This document shows, one piece after another, positions 1 through 13,620 of a DNA stretch of 64,000 nt (position 1 is the first letter of the stretch; every line of letters starts with the position of its first letter). Source of the DNA: Azolla caroliniana. Its lineage: Eukaryota > Plantae > Polypodiophyta. The notes beneath the pieces are model-generated. The model made no database searches. It saw only the letters and a list, made by a program, of their open reading frames with translations, and had not been told where the DNA came from. Position numbers and translations under genes: made by a program. The stretch covers positions 10,912,001-10,976,000 of the forward strand of contig JBHGNT010000003.1 in NCBI GenBank assembly GCA_043228905.1, in the 5' to 3' direction.

Positions 1-179
1 TTGATGCTAGCACACCAAATGTAGTATTATAGGGTGTTTCCTAGGATGTAGCATTTTGGTTCTCCTTTTAGCCTAGGCACTTATATTGTAGGACTTGCAT
101 TTCTTTCTGTAGATTCTCTAGGATCTAAGAGTTGAATGCCTTTTTTTACTAGGTTTTCTTGAATCCCCTCATTCTACTA

Positions 180-750
180 TGGTTAATATACTAATAGTAC
201 CACCAATTGTAGTAGATGATCTACAACTCCGTTGACAAAAGACAACAATACCTTGGGAATGACCAAAGAACTAGTACATATTCTCATCACATGACTAAGT
301 AAGCTTATTGTTGGCGATTGTGTCCTCCAAATAAAAACTTCTTTTCGGTCCTTTAAGTTGATGGCTTGAAGGAACATCAACCCTATGTGTTTGATTGATC
401 CCTTATTTCAAGCAAGTTATAGAACTTGAAGAGAATATCAAGTATCATCAAGTTCTTATGAATAGATTTGGTCCAAATAATGAATTCATGTCACGCCACC
501 TTGGTGGTATCATTGCTACTATGTGCATTGAGCACGGAATACTTGCAGCCCATTTAAGAGACCTAACATTCTTGAAGCTCTTGGATCTTGTTCTATTGAC
601 TATAACTACCCACTTGACCAAATCTTGAACACCTTGGAGATTTCTCCTTATAACATTTTCGCGTTACAAGTGTGTTGATAATAGGTCAGATTACAATAAT
701 TGTTCATGGATTACAAGCACTTTGTTTGTTGGCAATGACTCATGCTTTTC
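180..750 (-). mobile_element. Degraded Gypsy gag-like remnant
   Basis: Minus-strand peptide MFLQAINLKDRKEV...EDTIANNKL loosely resembles the gag region of the Gypsy element at ~35700-36240; many stops. Confidence 0.3.
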
Positions 751-1434
751 TTATGCATGAAAATATATCATGTATTGAAGCTCTCTATTATTAAAGTGAT
801 TAAGTGTTTACCCTTAATTGTTGATGAGATAAATCAAACACCCATGTTACCATCTAAGAACACCTTGGTCTCCACCCATTCAATGTAGTACTTGATGATG
901 ATGACAATATTAATAGGTCATGGCATGGTAGGTTCTTGAGTGAAAGGGCTAACAAAGTTGAAGCCCTAATTTTGTAAGGGTTCTAATGAGAGGATGATGG
1001 TTTAAAGCAATTGAGCCTTTGCTATTGGGTTCAGTAATTGTTGGTGCTTCTTGCATGTGTGTTGATATATGTGCTAATTTCTTTTTTGCATTGTGGGCCA
1101 CTAGACCATTAGACGTCACTCTACCATATATTTTGGATTGTGCCTTAGTTGGCATAATGACCACATGAGAACATGGCCCTAAAGCATGTAGTCTTTCTTG
1201 TGGTGGAAGATGTCGTGGTACTAGATGCCATCCATCCTCTTATTATACAAGGTGTCATCATCCTTTGTGAACCTAGTGATCAGTAAATAGATTTCCAAGA
1301 ACTAATGTTTCCCAGATCCATCGGTCCAAGGTTTCATGATGACATCTGTTACAAATATGTAGAGTAAGACAATGTGGTTACATGGATAAGCTTGGACATG
1401 TGGTTGGGTATCATTTCAAATCCCACGCATGCAC

Positions 1435-1735
1435 ACTTGGGTTGGTTTGGTTTGAGAATCTAAACTCAAACTATTTCAAACCAAATTGCTAATTTATTAT
1501 GAAGCTCAAACAAATTGAACTAAACTGTGAAACCTTTCAACTTGAATTGTTTAAATTCAAACTATTCAAACCTATTCGATGAAGGCTCAAACCAAACCAG
1601 ACGACATTCCTGAGCCCCCAAGCCAAATCAAATTGTTTACAAGTTTCCAAACTTGAACCAAACCAAATCGAAGTGACTAAACAAGTTAAGCTGTTAAGGT
1701 ACAATTTCGTCCGCCCGAACAATTGTCAATTCCTA
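1435..1735. mobile_element. hAT-related MITE remnant upstream of the PPR gene
   Basis: Dense AAACC/GGTTT motifs; terminus ttgtcaattccta resembles the right end (ttgccgatcccta) of the hAT element at 12492-18501. Confidence 0.4.
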
Positions 1736-2074
1736 TTAGCATAACATGGGGAGGCGCTCCATACCATTACTTTTGCTTTTGTGACCATGTGAGTCTCGCA
1801 AAGATTCCTTCCTTTCGGTAACACTTTGAGCATTTTAGTGCCTAATGTAGCGACCCACTTCTCGTTCTTCCAATGAATTCAGTGAGCTGCACATATCTCT
1901 TTTTGGTTTTTGTTTTGGTAACTAGGATCTATGTATGTATCAGTATGTATGTATCCATCCATCCATCTATCTATCTATCTCTACCTTTTGAAATAAGAGC
2001 CACCTTCTTCACCTTTTACGCTTACGCTTTCGCTTTCGCTTTCAATTGGACCCTTCATTGTGTGGGTGGGAAGG

Positions 2075-2154
2075 ATGTTGCCATCAGAGAGCTTCATGAC
2101 CTTGCACAGCTCCCCTGTTCCACATCATGCTTTCTTCGTAGATTCTCAAGCAAG
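2075..2154 (+). CDS. Predicted exon 1 of the PPR-DYW gene (MLPSESFMTLHSSPVPHHAFFVDSQA-R)
   Basis: ATG at 2075; donor AAG|GTATGT at 2154/2155 is phase 2 and matches acceptor ttttccag|G at 3925/3926, giving one continuous frame into the 910-aa ORF (948 aa total). Confidence 0.7.
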
Positions 2155-2807
2155 GTATGTATGTATGTATGTATGTATATGCTGCCTTTATATCCAGAGA
2201 GAGAGAGAGAGAGACAGCGCTGATGATAACTCAAATGTTTTTTTTTTTTAAAACTGGTGTAAGATCATTGAAATTGGAAAAGGATGGGGTCGAATACTGT
2301 GTAGAATTGATGCTAGTACCTTTTAAAAGACTGTACTGATTAGTATTTTCTACTGTGAACAATTCTCTCTCTCTCTCCCATATTTTCCTCAGAATTCACA
2401 TAAATGATTTATAGTGTTTGCGATAGAGTATGTTGGGTCATATATTGTATCTTTTACATTCAGATACTAGGACCTAGGTTTCAGTGTAAAATACTGATAA
2501 TAGCCAAGAAAAAAACTATATGTGACTAGGATTTTGGTATGTATGGACAATGTGAAGAACACTAGAAATGCGAGTTTGATGCATAGCTTTTAAGTTTTAT
2601 GAGTCACTACAACTTCGTAGAACTTATACCATTTAACGCATTGATAATCCAATCATTTTGCACTTGTGTTGGGCACTCGAAGTCTGAAAATTGCATGTGT
2701 ACTTAGTTTTCATGTTTGTACACAGCTTTTGATTTTTTTTTTCTCTGCCTTTTCTTCTTTAATTTCCTCTCTTTTATTTTTATGCATGGGTAAATAGGTT
2801 AGGTCAT

Positions 2808-2849
<42 letters not shown>

Positions 2850-3925
2850 CGAGTGCAACTGACACAATGTTGTGTCTGTTTATTTGGGAGTCACATTTCT
2901 CCTTGAAAGGATAATTTGCATATAAACTCTCTCGAGGCTGTGCAGCTTTAGGGGGCACTTAAAGACATTGTGCGTTTATACAACTACAAGAACTGTATGC
3001 CAGATGACAGTTGTACAATAGATCAGTCACATCCTCTGTCTTGTATGGAACAGAATGGAGACAAAGTCCACACTATGAAGAAGATTCGAGATACATGAAA
3101 ACGCCACTAGCTACGATAGTGATATCCATGATAAGCAGCAAGCTGTCAGTGCCACGTGAGGTAATTAGAGATGAATTAGGATATAATCTCTTTTATTGCT
3201 GTGATTTGTATTCAACAAATCTGGGAATCCCCTAGGTGAAACTATGGAAATATGGAATTACCCTTACTATCATGTAGGTTTTCTTTTTCAAAATTGTGCT
3301 TTTAGCCCCAAAAGGAAATGCTTTCATCTTTCAATCCTGCAAACTTCATTTTTCCAAAAGCCATTCTTCAAGAAAAGGTTGAGATCGCTTGAAGCTTTTC
3401 AAATTCTAAATGGGAATTAAGTAGTTGGATTGCTACAAAACAATCTTTGTGATCAAATGCTGTACACAAGATTTGGCTTCTTTACTTTTTACTTTGTCTC
3501 TCTCAGAATGTATGACGTGCAAATTATTCTGCTCTTAATGCATTTCCATTGTATATTATCTGTAAATATTGACCTTAGGATAGCCTAGTGGATATGTTTT
3601 GGGTACACTGTCATTAATGTACACGCAATCCGGTTTGATCCATCTTTTGTCATATACAAGATCTTCAACTATTTGCATAGTCATTTATGTCTCAATGTGT
3701 ATAGACAGGCAATAAATGTATGAAATTGTCATTTATGTTTTAAGGGAGGCAATATATTCATGCTTCAACATGTCATGCATTTTGTCCTTCAAGTATCTCA
3801 TGGATGCTTTATAGCTTCTCCATATATTCTGATTGTAGCATACGCATAAGAACATCTTCATTAAGTGCAGTGCTCTGATTCACGTTAAATGCAAAGTAAG
3901 ATTATATCCATTCCCAATTTTCCAG

Positions 3926-6692
3926 GCCACAATGTGATATTTACAGGACTGTTGGAGATGTGTGTATGTTAGAACAAGCTCAACCTTTACTCTCATTATT
4001 TGAAGAGAACCATTGGTCAATAGAGGTACTTCCAGAAAAAGAGCACCTTAGAAAAATAGTAACCTTTGATGACTGGAACTTTGGCCTTCCACAATGCAAT
4101 GAAGCTTACTCTGTTGTTTGTGAAAATGGTCTTGAATCTGATAACGTTGTAGCAAACTGCTTCATCACGAAGTTCTCTAAAACTGGGGATTTGCTAAACG
4201 CTATCAAAGTATTTTCCAAGTTGTCTCATCCAGATGTTTTCTCCTGGTATGGTTTACTGAATGCATTTTTGGACAATGGGAAACAAAATGATGTTATCAC
4301 TACATATTATGAGATGTATCAATCTGGTATCCCATTGGATGGTCATGTCTTTAGGGTGGTTCTAAAGGCTTGTGCTAATGCTAATGCACTTAATGATGGA
4401 AGGATTATTCATGTTCACATGGTTGAATGCGGCATAGATTCCAATATTTATGCTGGTAGTACACTAGTTGACATGTATGTGAAATGTGGTAACATGGAAG
4501 ATGCAAGATGTGTATTTGAAGATTTGCCTGACCATGATTTAGTAACGTGGTCTACATTGTTAGCAGGCTATGCACGACATGGCTGTGGCCAAGAAGGTCT
4601 TGAACTGTTTTATGAGATGCTAGAAGAAGGGATTACACCAAATGAAATCACATGTATAAGTGTCCTTAAAGCTTGTTCAAGCATACCGTCATTAAGCCAA
4701 GGTCGGCTTACTCATGCCTATATAGTTTGTAGTGGATTTGAAGCAAATATATACCTTGTTAACACCCTCATTGACATGTATGCTTCATGTGGATCATTCA
4801 ATGATGCGAGAAGTGTATTTGCAAGAGTACAATCAAAAGATTTAGGGACATGGAATGTGATGATTGGGGCATGTGCACAATATGGTTGTGTAAAGGAGGC
4901 ACTCCATCTCTTTTATCATATGCAAGACCAAGGCCCAAATCCAGGTCTAGTGACATTTGTGAATGTCCTCAAAGCATGTGCTGACTTTGCAGTGTTAAAT
5001 GAAGCGATGTGTATTCATGCCAATGCAATAAAGCATGGCTTTGATTCAGACATTTATATCGGAAGCACGTTGGTCAGTATGTATGCCAAGTGTGAATCCA
5101 TTCATGATGCACGCGCAGTGTTTGATAAACTAACAAATCGAAATGTTGTAACATGGGCGGTTATTATTTCTGGATATGCCGAATGTGGTCTTGGTATGGA
5201 AGCTTTCATGTTGTTAGAGCAGCTGAAAGAGGTGGGTGTAATTGTCGATCAAGGTGTTATGATAAGCCTTGTCAAAGCATGCACTAACACGAAGATGCTA
5301 ATTCAGGGTTATATTGCTCATGCCCTTGCCCTTGAATATAATCTTGAATATGATGTGATTGTTGGAAATGGTCTTATTACCATGTATATGACTTGCAGTA
5401 GCATAATGGATGCATCTTTGCTATTCAACCGCTTGCCAATGAGAAATACAATGACATGGAATGCACTTATTTCAGGCTTAACACTACCTTCTGATGAGCA
5501 TGCTCAAAATGCCCACAAAGCTTTAACTATTTTCCATGAGATGCTTGGAGCATCTATTGGACCAGACATTGTCACATTCATTAGCATTCTGAAAGTTTGC
5601 TCCATTTCGTCAGCATTAAACAATGGAAACCTCATTCATGCTCTTGCTCTTGAAAGTGATTTACAATCAAACATATTGGTTAGTAATGCCCTCATAAACA
5701 TGTACATTAAATGTGGTGACCTTGACCAAGCTTGCTTAGTGTTTAACAAGCTCTCCATGCATGATACTGTCACATTGAATGTGATGATAGAAGGCTTCGG
5801 TAAGAGTGGATATGCAAAACAGGCTCTGCTCCTTTTTGAGAAAATGCAAGATGATGATATATTTGTAGATGAAGTAACATTTATATCTCTTCTTTCAGCA
5901 TGTAGTCACGCTGGGCTAGTGAAGGAAGGATGCTACTACTTCAAGTTAATGAAATGGGTTTACGGCATTTTCCCAAATGTTGACCATTGCAATTTAATGG
6001 TTGATCTAATGGGACGAGATGGATTTCTTCTGGAGGCCGAAGATTTTCTTCATACAATGCCGCATCAGACGGATGTTGCCGGATGGATGTCTTTGCTTAC
6101 ACATTGTAGAACCTATGTTGATGTTGAGCTTGGCTTACAATGCTTTGGCAATGTAAATGCATTGGATCCTCAAAATGCCTCTAGTTATGTGTTAATGTCA
6201 AGCATTTACTCTAGGTCTGGGATGTGGATTGATGCTGAAAGGTTGGAAAATCTTAGAAGAAGAACAGATGGTGCTATTAAGAAACCTGCGAAAGCCTGTA
6301 TCGAGATTGGCAATAAGATACATGAATTTATTGTTGGAGATACTTGTCACCCAGAGATTAATGATGTACATGAAAAGCTAAAGCATCTTATTCCACTTAT
6401 GAAAACTGCGGGATATGAACCAAACTTGGATGTGATGCATCATTCGATTTCAGATAGAGAGAGGGAAACTGCGTTATGTGGGCATTCAGAGAAATTGGCC
6501 ATTGCATTTGGACTTCTTAACACATGCAAAGGTATGTCAATACGTGTGTCAAAGAACCTTCGAGTTTGTTCTGATTGTCATGCAGCGGCAAAAGTTATAT
6601 CGAAAATCGAGAAACGTGAGATATTCATTATAGATACATATCACATACACCGCTTCTTTGGAGGGGATTGCTCATGTAGGGACTTCTTTTAA
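3926..6692 (+). CDS. PLS-class pentatricopeptide repeat protein with E and DYW (KP-type) deaminase domain, exon 2
   Basis: Repeated PLS motifs (LVDMYVKCG, TWSTLLAGYARHG, TFISLLSACSHAG), E domain, KKPAKACIE box, HSEKLA and CSDCH zinc-binding motifs, C-terminus CSCRDFF; no internal stops. Confidence 0.95.
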
Positions 6693-9439
6693 TGGTGGTA
6701 AAGTTCATGAGACAAACATGAGATTCGATTAACCATTTACATTCAAACCCTTAACTATTGGGCAAAGACTGTTAATAAATCACATTTGCTGTTTATATAT
6801 GCGGTTGCATGCAATCGATTTGGTAACTCATCTTCTCCTAGTCAAGCGATGAATACAAGCACGAGACTGAATTAAGCCCTCTTCTCCTAGTGAATAGCTC
6901 TAACCACTAAGCTACATGTTAGATCATGTGGCTCAAGCTCTTCAAAGATTGGGATGTTGAGGTCAAAGAGTTTACTCTATTTGGAGATAACATATCAAGC
7001 ATTCATCTTCCAACACATAGAGATCCATTATCACTTTAAGAGATTTTAGCAAAGGAAGTGAACAACAAATACATCAACACAAAGGATGAACTGGCATATA
7101 CGACGACCAAGTTTATGAATGCAAACAAATTTGGAGAAGGTCAAGATCAACGTCAATCTTAAGGAGATTTACAAAGACTAGCAGTTGAGCGTGATGCGGA
7201 GTGTTAGAAATCTAGCAAACTCAATTGTGTGAACCATTACTTAAGCCAAAAGCCACATCACTATACTTTTTGGTGTTAGTATACAACTATTTTTCCTCAA
7301 CTTTTTAAACGAAAGACTTCCACACCAACGTTTTGGAGCATTATATACGCAAATAATTGGAGAGTAGTATTATCCTCTCTCAGTTTTTGAGTATTTGGAG
7401 TCTCTCATTGGAAGTGCATATGCTAGGTCTACTAAGCTCACCCTCTTGGCGTAAGCAACTACTTGATAGAATTGCTTATGAATGGTGAATGTTGATCACC
7501 TAAATCTCTTTATGTAATTGTGTGTTTCATACACAAGATAACTCATCTTGTTCCTGTTCTTGAAAGTCTTTTTTTTGTATAATGTTAGTTTAAAGTGTTA
7601 ATTATCCTTTATAGTATATTCCGATTGAAAACTCTATGATCTTGTTTTTGCATATTCATAAGTATATGTGTTTGAAGCACACACATAGATGCGAGTTGCC
7701 TATTTTCGGCAGTTTCTAGTTTGTCTTGTGTGTTCACCACATTTAGTGAGTTATAGGTTGTTGGAAACCTTGGAAACTCCATTTTGTAGAGTGCAAAATA
7801 TCAAAGGTTCAACGCCTTTTTCCAAAGAGCTATTGAAGTTTTGGTAAAATGTTGTAGCTGATCAATTGGTTAGAGGAAGGGTCCATTCTTGTGTTGTACG
7901 TAGGACTGGATATATTTTTCCATCACTCATATCACTACCCTGTCGATGTAGACTCTTATGAATGTAGAGAGACGGGTTCAATTGTAGAGGGTTATCCAGA
8001 CAACTCGATGATGAAGTAGTAATTTGGGTACATCCATAAACCAATATAAGCTGGCAAGCGCAAGACTAAACGGAAATTGTTTGATAATTCTATAATTGAA
8101 CGAAGGTGAGCACTAGATGTGGATTGAGAAGATTTTGTCCATGGTTCACAACTCTACATTTCCAAGTCCTCCTCCCATTCTATCCGATTGACAAAGATGT
8201 ATTAGAGATTGAAGAGGAAGGACTTGGATGTACAATTGGATGATCCATAAACTTGATAATGTAGACAATATGTGGCAAAGTTTCGTTTTTTTTTTTGTAT
8301 TAATGAGTAAACATATGAAATGTATTTTGCGGATGGCAAATTGAAAAGTGAAGAGGTTTTACATTCTTTTAAAAAAGAAGAAGTCTCAATAATGCACAAA
8401 AAAAAAGCATGAGTACACACTCATCCAATTCAAATTCATATATTTCTAGGGTAGGTGGTACATGTAAGTAACATTAAGTTATATACGTGATTGAATAGGT
8501 AATACTACAATCACATGCATCATTTTGTCCATATGAATGGAGAATATATACAATTTTTTAACGCTTGCTTATAGGGTCATGGGCATACATTTTTAGGAAA
8601 GAGACTGAAAGGAGGTTTTAACAAGGGTAAATAGGAACAATTGATTGATTTAAAAGTTGGAGGGTTCAATTCGAGAAGATGTCTTAATTTTTCACTGCTG
8701 ACATACCCCAACATAAACTCCACCTCTGAACAAAAAGGAATGCATATCAAGCCTACAAATGGCTCTAAAAACTTATGTATACCATTCATTGTTGACACAT
8801 TATGTAGTTCTTGAATTTGTTCAACTTACCGAGTAATGTTTGTGTGTAGCTGGCTTCAAAGTTTTATATGAATGATTATGCTACATTAAATTCATTGTGT
8901 TCAGTTAGAATTGAATGATGTTATAAAAAACACATCATTTTTTAATTAATATGAAATTAAACATCATGCGCGCAAGCACAATCTAAAATCATTTTGAGTA
9001 TCATATATATCAGAGACTTTAGATGGAGTTACCTTAAATAATAAATACCTTTAAGGCTGAAACCAATAATGACTGATCTGAATACAACAAAGATTATTGG
9101 CTTTGAATCGTTGTATTCACAATCATATGTTAATCTATTATAAGTCCCAGATGGAGTACCTAGTACCTACCATTTTCAAATTCCATATACATAATAATAT
9201 ATGAAACAGTTAATATGGAGCTTATATTCTATGGAGTGAAGGATCCAACATAAATAAATGCTCTTTAAGATGGAGTTGTAAGCACATGTAGGAGAAAATC
9301 TTGCCTATATGTGTTCCCCATCTCCATCTGATGAAAACGGTTTGTTTTCCCTGTTGAATATGTATGTATGAGTGATTCACTTTGGCTCATGTACTTTGTT
9401 TGGGGTATTCATGTAAACAGCACATGTACTATGTATGTA

Positions 9440-9474
<35 letters not shown>

Positions 9475-9616
9475 ATGTATGTATGTATGCATGTATGAGC
9501 TAGCCATGTAACAGCACATACTTTGGACAATTCAAACACAGACATACATTATATTATACACTATTCCAAATGCAGTAGTATATCTGAAGAAGAAACGTGG
9601 TGTTGAGTGAGTAAGG

Positions 9617-9694
9617 TTAGAGATTGATTACGTTATTGGTTCGCCAGGCAGGGGGTTTTGGAAGAGGGCTTATCCTCTCCACTTCTTCATCATC

Positions 9695-9736
<42 letters not shown>

Positions 9737-9934
9737 GTGCTGCTGCTGCTGCTGCTGCTGCTGTGTTTGCTCTGCTTTTATATTTCGTAGATAGTTGGCA
9801 AGAGCATCGGGATCATTGAGATTGACGATTCCTTGATGATTCATGCTCTTATCGGCACGCATGTTCTCGAAAACCATTGTAAATGTTGGATTGCTTGCAT
9901 CCCATTCCCCAAATTTGGGCGTTCGCCTTGTCAT
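9617..9934 (-). CDS. RIN4/NOI-family small protein (~105 aa) with polyQ and polyD tracts
   Basis: MTRRTPKFGEWDASNPTFTMVFENMRADK matches the NOI consensus PxFGxW...F/YTxxFxxxR; ATG lies directly after a ttttttgtgtgctcag acceptor, so an upstream exon is likely. Confidence 0.8.
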
Positions 9935-10164
9935 CTGAGCACACAAAAAATGGACATAATTATACACCATATATATATATATATATATGTACGTAATGCT
10001 ATGATGTTCTATTTTTCTATAAAACACGTTTACGTTTGTTTGCCCATGGATTTACAGAAATGTCTGCCCGTTGATCTTTCACTGCAGATAACAGAAAAAC
10101 CAACATGTGTATTTAGAAGAGGTTCGTTCTTCAGAATCATTCATCTGAAGCCCACAACCAACGA

Positions 10165-10204
10165 CCTAAACCTAAACCTAAACCTAAACCTAAACCTAAA
10201 CCTA
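10165..10204. repeat. (CCTAAA)6.7 telomere-variant microsatellite
   Basis: Six perfect CCTAAA units plus CCTA. Confidence 0.9.
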
Positions 10205-10955
10205 GAGATTGATTGATTGATTGGTGGTGTCACGGGTTTTGTATTGAGTGAGGTGAGGCAACGCGCGAACTGGGATCCTGCTTCCTTCTATGGTAATCTT
10301 GTGTGTGGAATCTGGATCACTTAGAATCTTTTTTTTTTTTTTTCTGGGGGGGACCATGACTGGCTAATTCATTATTTATTATTATTGGCCGAAAGTGCAG
10401 TCTGAAATACATACAAAGACAATCAATCACCAAACAGAAAGACAGGGAGGAGGGGAAAGGGAATGGACTTAAGTAGTATGTATGTATGTATGTATGTATA
10501 CGCGCTCATTATAATAAAATACAATGATATATTGATCAATGTCTACTAATATGACCTCCGGAGTGTGTGTTAATGAAGAATCGAATTAATATACACGTAT
10601 GTTGCCAATGCCCAATTGATTTACTATGAAAAAGGACGAGTTTTTGGTGGAATGGTTGAATGGCATGCCATACTCACTCACTCACCGGGATTAATGCCTT
10701 CTCCATCACCCGTGCGGCCATTATGATGATGCCTCCAAGGGTCTCCACCTAAACCACACAACAAAACGCCCTCTCCGAAGCTCTCTTTCTTTCTCTCTCT
10801 CTCTCTCTCTCTTGCTCATATATGTACATGTACATATATGTGTGTGTGTGTGTACATGTAACAACTAAATATATATGACTTTTCTAAGATAGAATAAGTT
10901 GAAAATTAGTGTACATATGTATTTGTATGTGGACACTAATTTTCAAGGTATCCAC

Positions 10956-10991
<36 letters not shown>

Positions 10992-12945
10992 CATTCATTG
11001 GTAAAGTTCTTGAAGATCAACAGTCGCTACTCACTTTCACATGTGTTACACGTGTATTACATGAAGTGTAATATTTTTGGTTTGATAGGTCATATTTGAC
11101 CTCTGAAGACGATAATAGAATCTATCTACCTAATCTATCTCTCACTCTCTCTCGCTATGTGTGTGTGTGTGTGTCTCTCTCTCTCTCTCTCTCTATTTGT
11201 AATCATTTCATGGAAGTGGGTACCTTTCTTTGTCTCTTTACTCATACCAACACCAACCTTGACCTACCACGCACACATTCTCAGTTTGTCTCCAAATATA
11301 ATGTGTTGTCAATAATTGCAAGAAATTTATTAGGGAGAGGAGGGATATATTCCACTCATCTTACCCTGATAATTCTCTTCATCTCTACCACCATTTACGA
11401 GAATATCTTTCGTCCCACTCCCTCTATCGAAGCTTTTCTTATAATGTCAACATTGGATTTACAACGACAATGTATGCTTTAACAAATCACGTATAGGACA
11501 ATGAAAAGAGAAAAATATGTGGATAACATGGGCACTGAAGGCTTCTAACTACATAAGGAGAGCACATCCATCACAAAAGAGAAAAGATACAAGATAAGAA
11601 AAGTAAAGTTACAAACATAAATTTACGAATTGAGACTTGTAAACAATAAATATTGATACACCCATAAATAAAAGGTTGTTAATAAAATTGATAGGTTTAG
11701 AAGCCTTGTTCCAAAGACAAATATTGCGAAACTTTTGGATACGAGCCACATGTATGTCATCCCTATAAATGTCATTTAATAGGCACTTTCGGTCCATAGT
11801 AAAAAACTCTTTCTCCTAGAGATTCTAGAATTTCTCTAAAGCACTACAAAATTTGGCACTTCAAAGTGCTTGAATTGTTTATTGACTTGCTAATAATGTT
11901 AGACTTTCCATCACTTTTTAAGTAACATTAGAGTTTTTGTTTCTTAACATTGCAAAAGTGCCATAATTTCCAACACGGTTAACTAAAAGCATTGGAGCTA
12001 AAGTTTTCGACATTGCTAAATACGTATACTCCTAACTTGCATTCATGCTAAGCATGCATTTTTAATGGAAACAAAGTTGTGTTGGTGATTTCTCATCGTT
12101 ATCAAGCTCTTGAAAGTGTTAAAGTCTATGTTGATGTAGAGACTTCTACTCATGGAAGAGATGATTCGTTAGAACATTAATGCATCCAGTATGTCCTCTA
12201 GTGCTTCTTTATATGCTAGAGGGAACTCACAACAAAGGCAAATAACATAACATAAGGCCGTGGTAATTCATGTAATAAGGATAGTGAATGCCATCATTGG
12301 AGCAAGTTGGATCACTTTAAACCTGACTTATACAAATGGCAGAAAGAGAAAGGCAAGGGCAAGAAGGCAAATGGTAGCAAAGAAGAGATGAAAGAGGGTC
12401 AACTTAAGAAGAGTAGAGTTAAAATTGAAGAACTAAATGTAATCACTTGTGACAGTGTTACGGGCATGACCATATAATATCCCGTGGTAAGCAGTTATCG
12501 TTAGCGGTTCGGTTTAGGTTTAGCCGGTTTGGCCTGGATAAGGCCAAACCGGTTAAGCTTAAACCGTTTTGGGGTTCTCAAACATGAATTAAACCGATCC
12601 CTAAACAGGTTTGGGAAATGGCTTAAAAACCCGTTTGTCAAACGGTTTGGAAACCTTCCCCCCCCCCCCCCCCCCCTCTCTCTCTCTTTCGATCCACTAT
12701 GTACTATACAAGCTCCCTCCCTCCCTCCCTCTCTCTCTCTCTCCTCTATGTAGTCTCCCTCTCTTCCTCTCTTCCTCTCTCCTCTATGTAGTCTCCCTCT
12801 CTTTCTCTCTTCCTCTCTCCTCTATGTGGTCTCCCTCCTTCTCTCTCTCTCTCGCTCTCTCTCTCTCCTCTGTGTAGTCTTCCTCTCTTTCTTTCTCCCT
12901 CTCTCCTTTGTGTAGTCTCCCTCTCCCTCTCTCCCTCTCTCTCTC

Positions 12946-13620
12946 TTTTTTTTTCCGTAAATTATGGCTTTCATTACGAAAGAAAAAACACCACCATGAC
13001 TAACTTACAACAAACTATAGAACCCCTTCTATCTAGGGATCTAAAGAAAACTACGACACCAAACTCAATGCCACCCTACACACCAATTCAAATGGCGAAT
13101 ATGATGATATGTGACCTGGCAGAGTTCTCTCTTTTCCTGGTTGAGATTTCATGACTTCTCTAGCATTGTCAATTGCCACAAAAGAAGTCCTTTTAACTTT
13201 AGAACATATTTTCTCACCCCCATTTGCAAATAAAAAATGAAGGCATTCTGCATATTCCAATTGAACCATAGCCCCCAATACCTCAAGAACTCAAAAATAA
13301 TTTAAGAATGAGGCATTGGTTCATTGTTCTCCATATGTGCAAAAACCAAATTGAAGGAAGATAGACGTACTCCAGTTAGAGACATCCACACTAAATTGAT
13401 ACACCTCCAAACCATCCTTGCCATCGGGCAGGAAATAAATCGATACCTATTATGTTCCAATTCTACCGAACAAAAGAAACACAATCCTTTAGTAATGTTT
13501 CTTTTTTTTAATGCATCCCCCAATGGTAAAGCTCCAATCATAACTCTCCAAACAAATACCTTGGTTCTTAGCATTAATCGAGAACACCAACCTGCCTTGA
13601 TCACATGAAGCCACCAAGTA
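12946..13620 (-). mobile_element. L1-type LINE 3' fragment
   Basis: zf-RVT-like KVFVWRVMIGALP...CFFC...FISCPMARMVW; T-run at 12946-12954 is a poly(A) tail on the minus strand. Confidence 0.75.

Noticed and set aside
6830-8430. Possible old LTR or pol remnants downstream of the PPR gene
   Set aside because: Too degraded to assign boundaries or a family by eye.
10700-11200. Short ORFs with LSLSLS / VCVCVC runs here and elsewhere
   Set aside because: Translations of (CT)n, (GT)n and (AT)n microsatellites.
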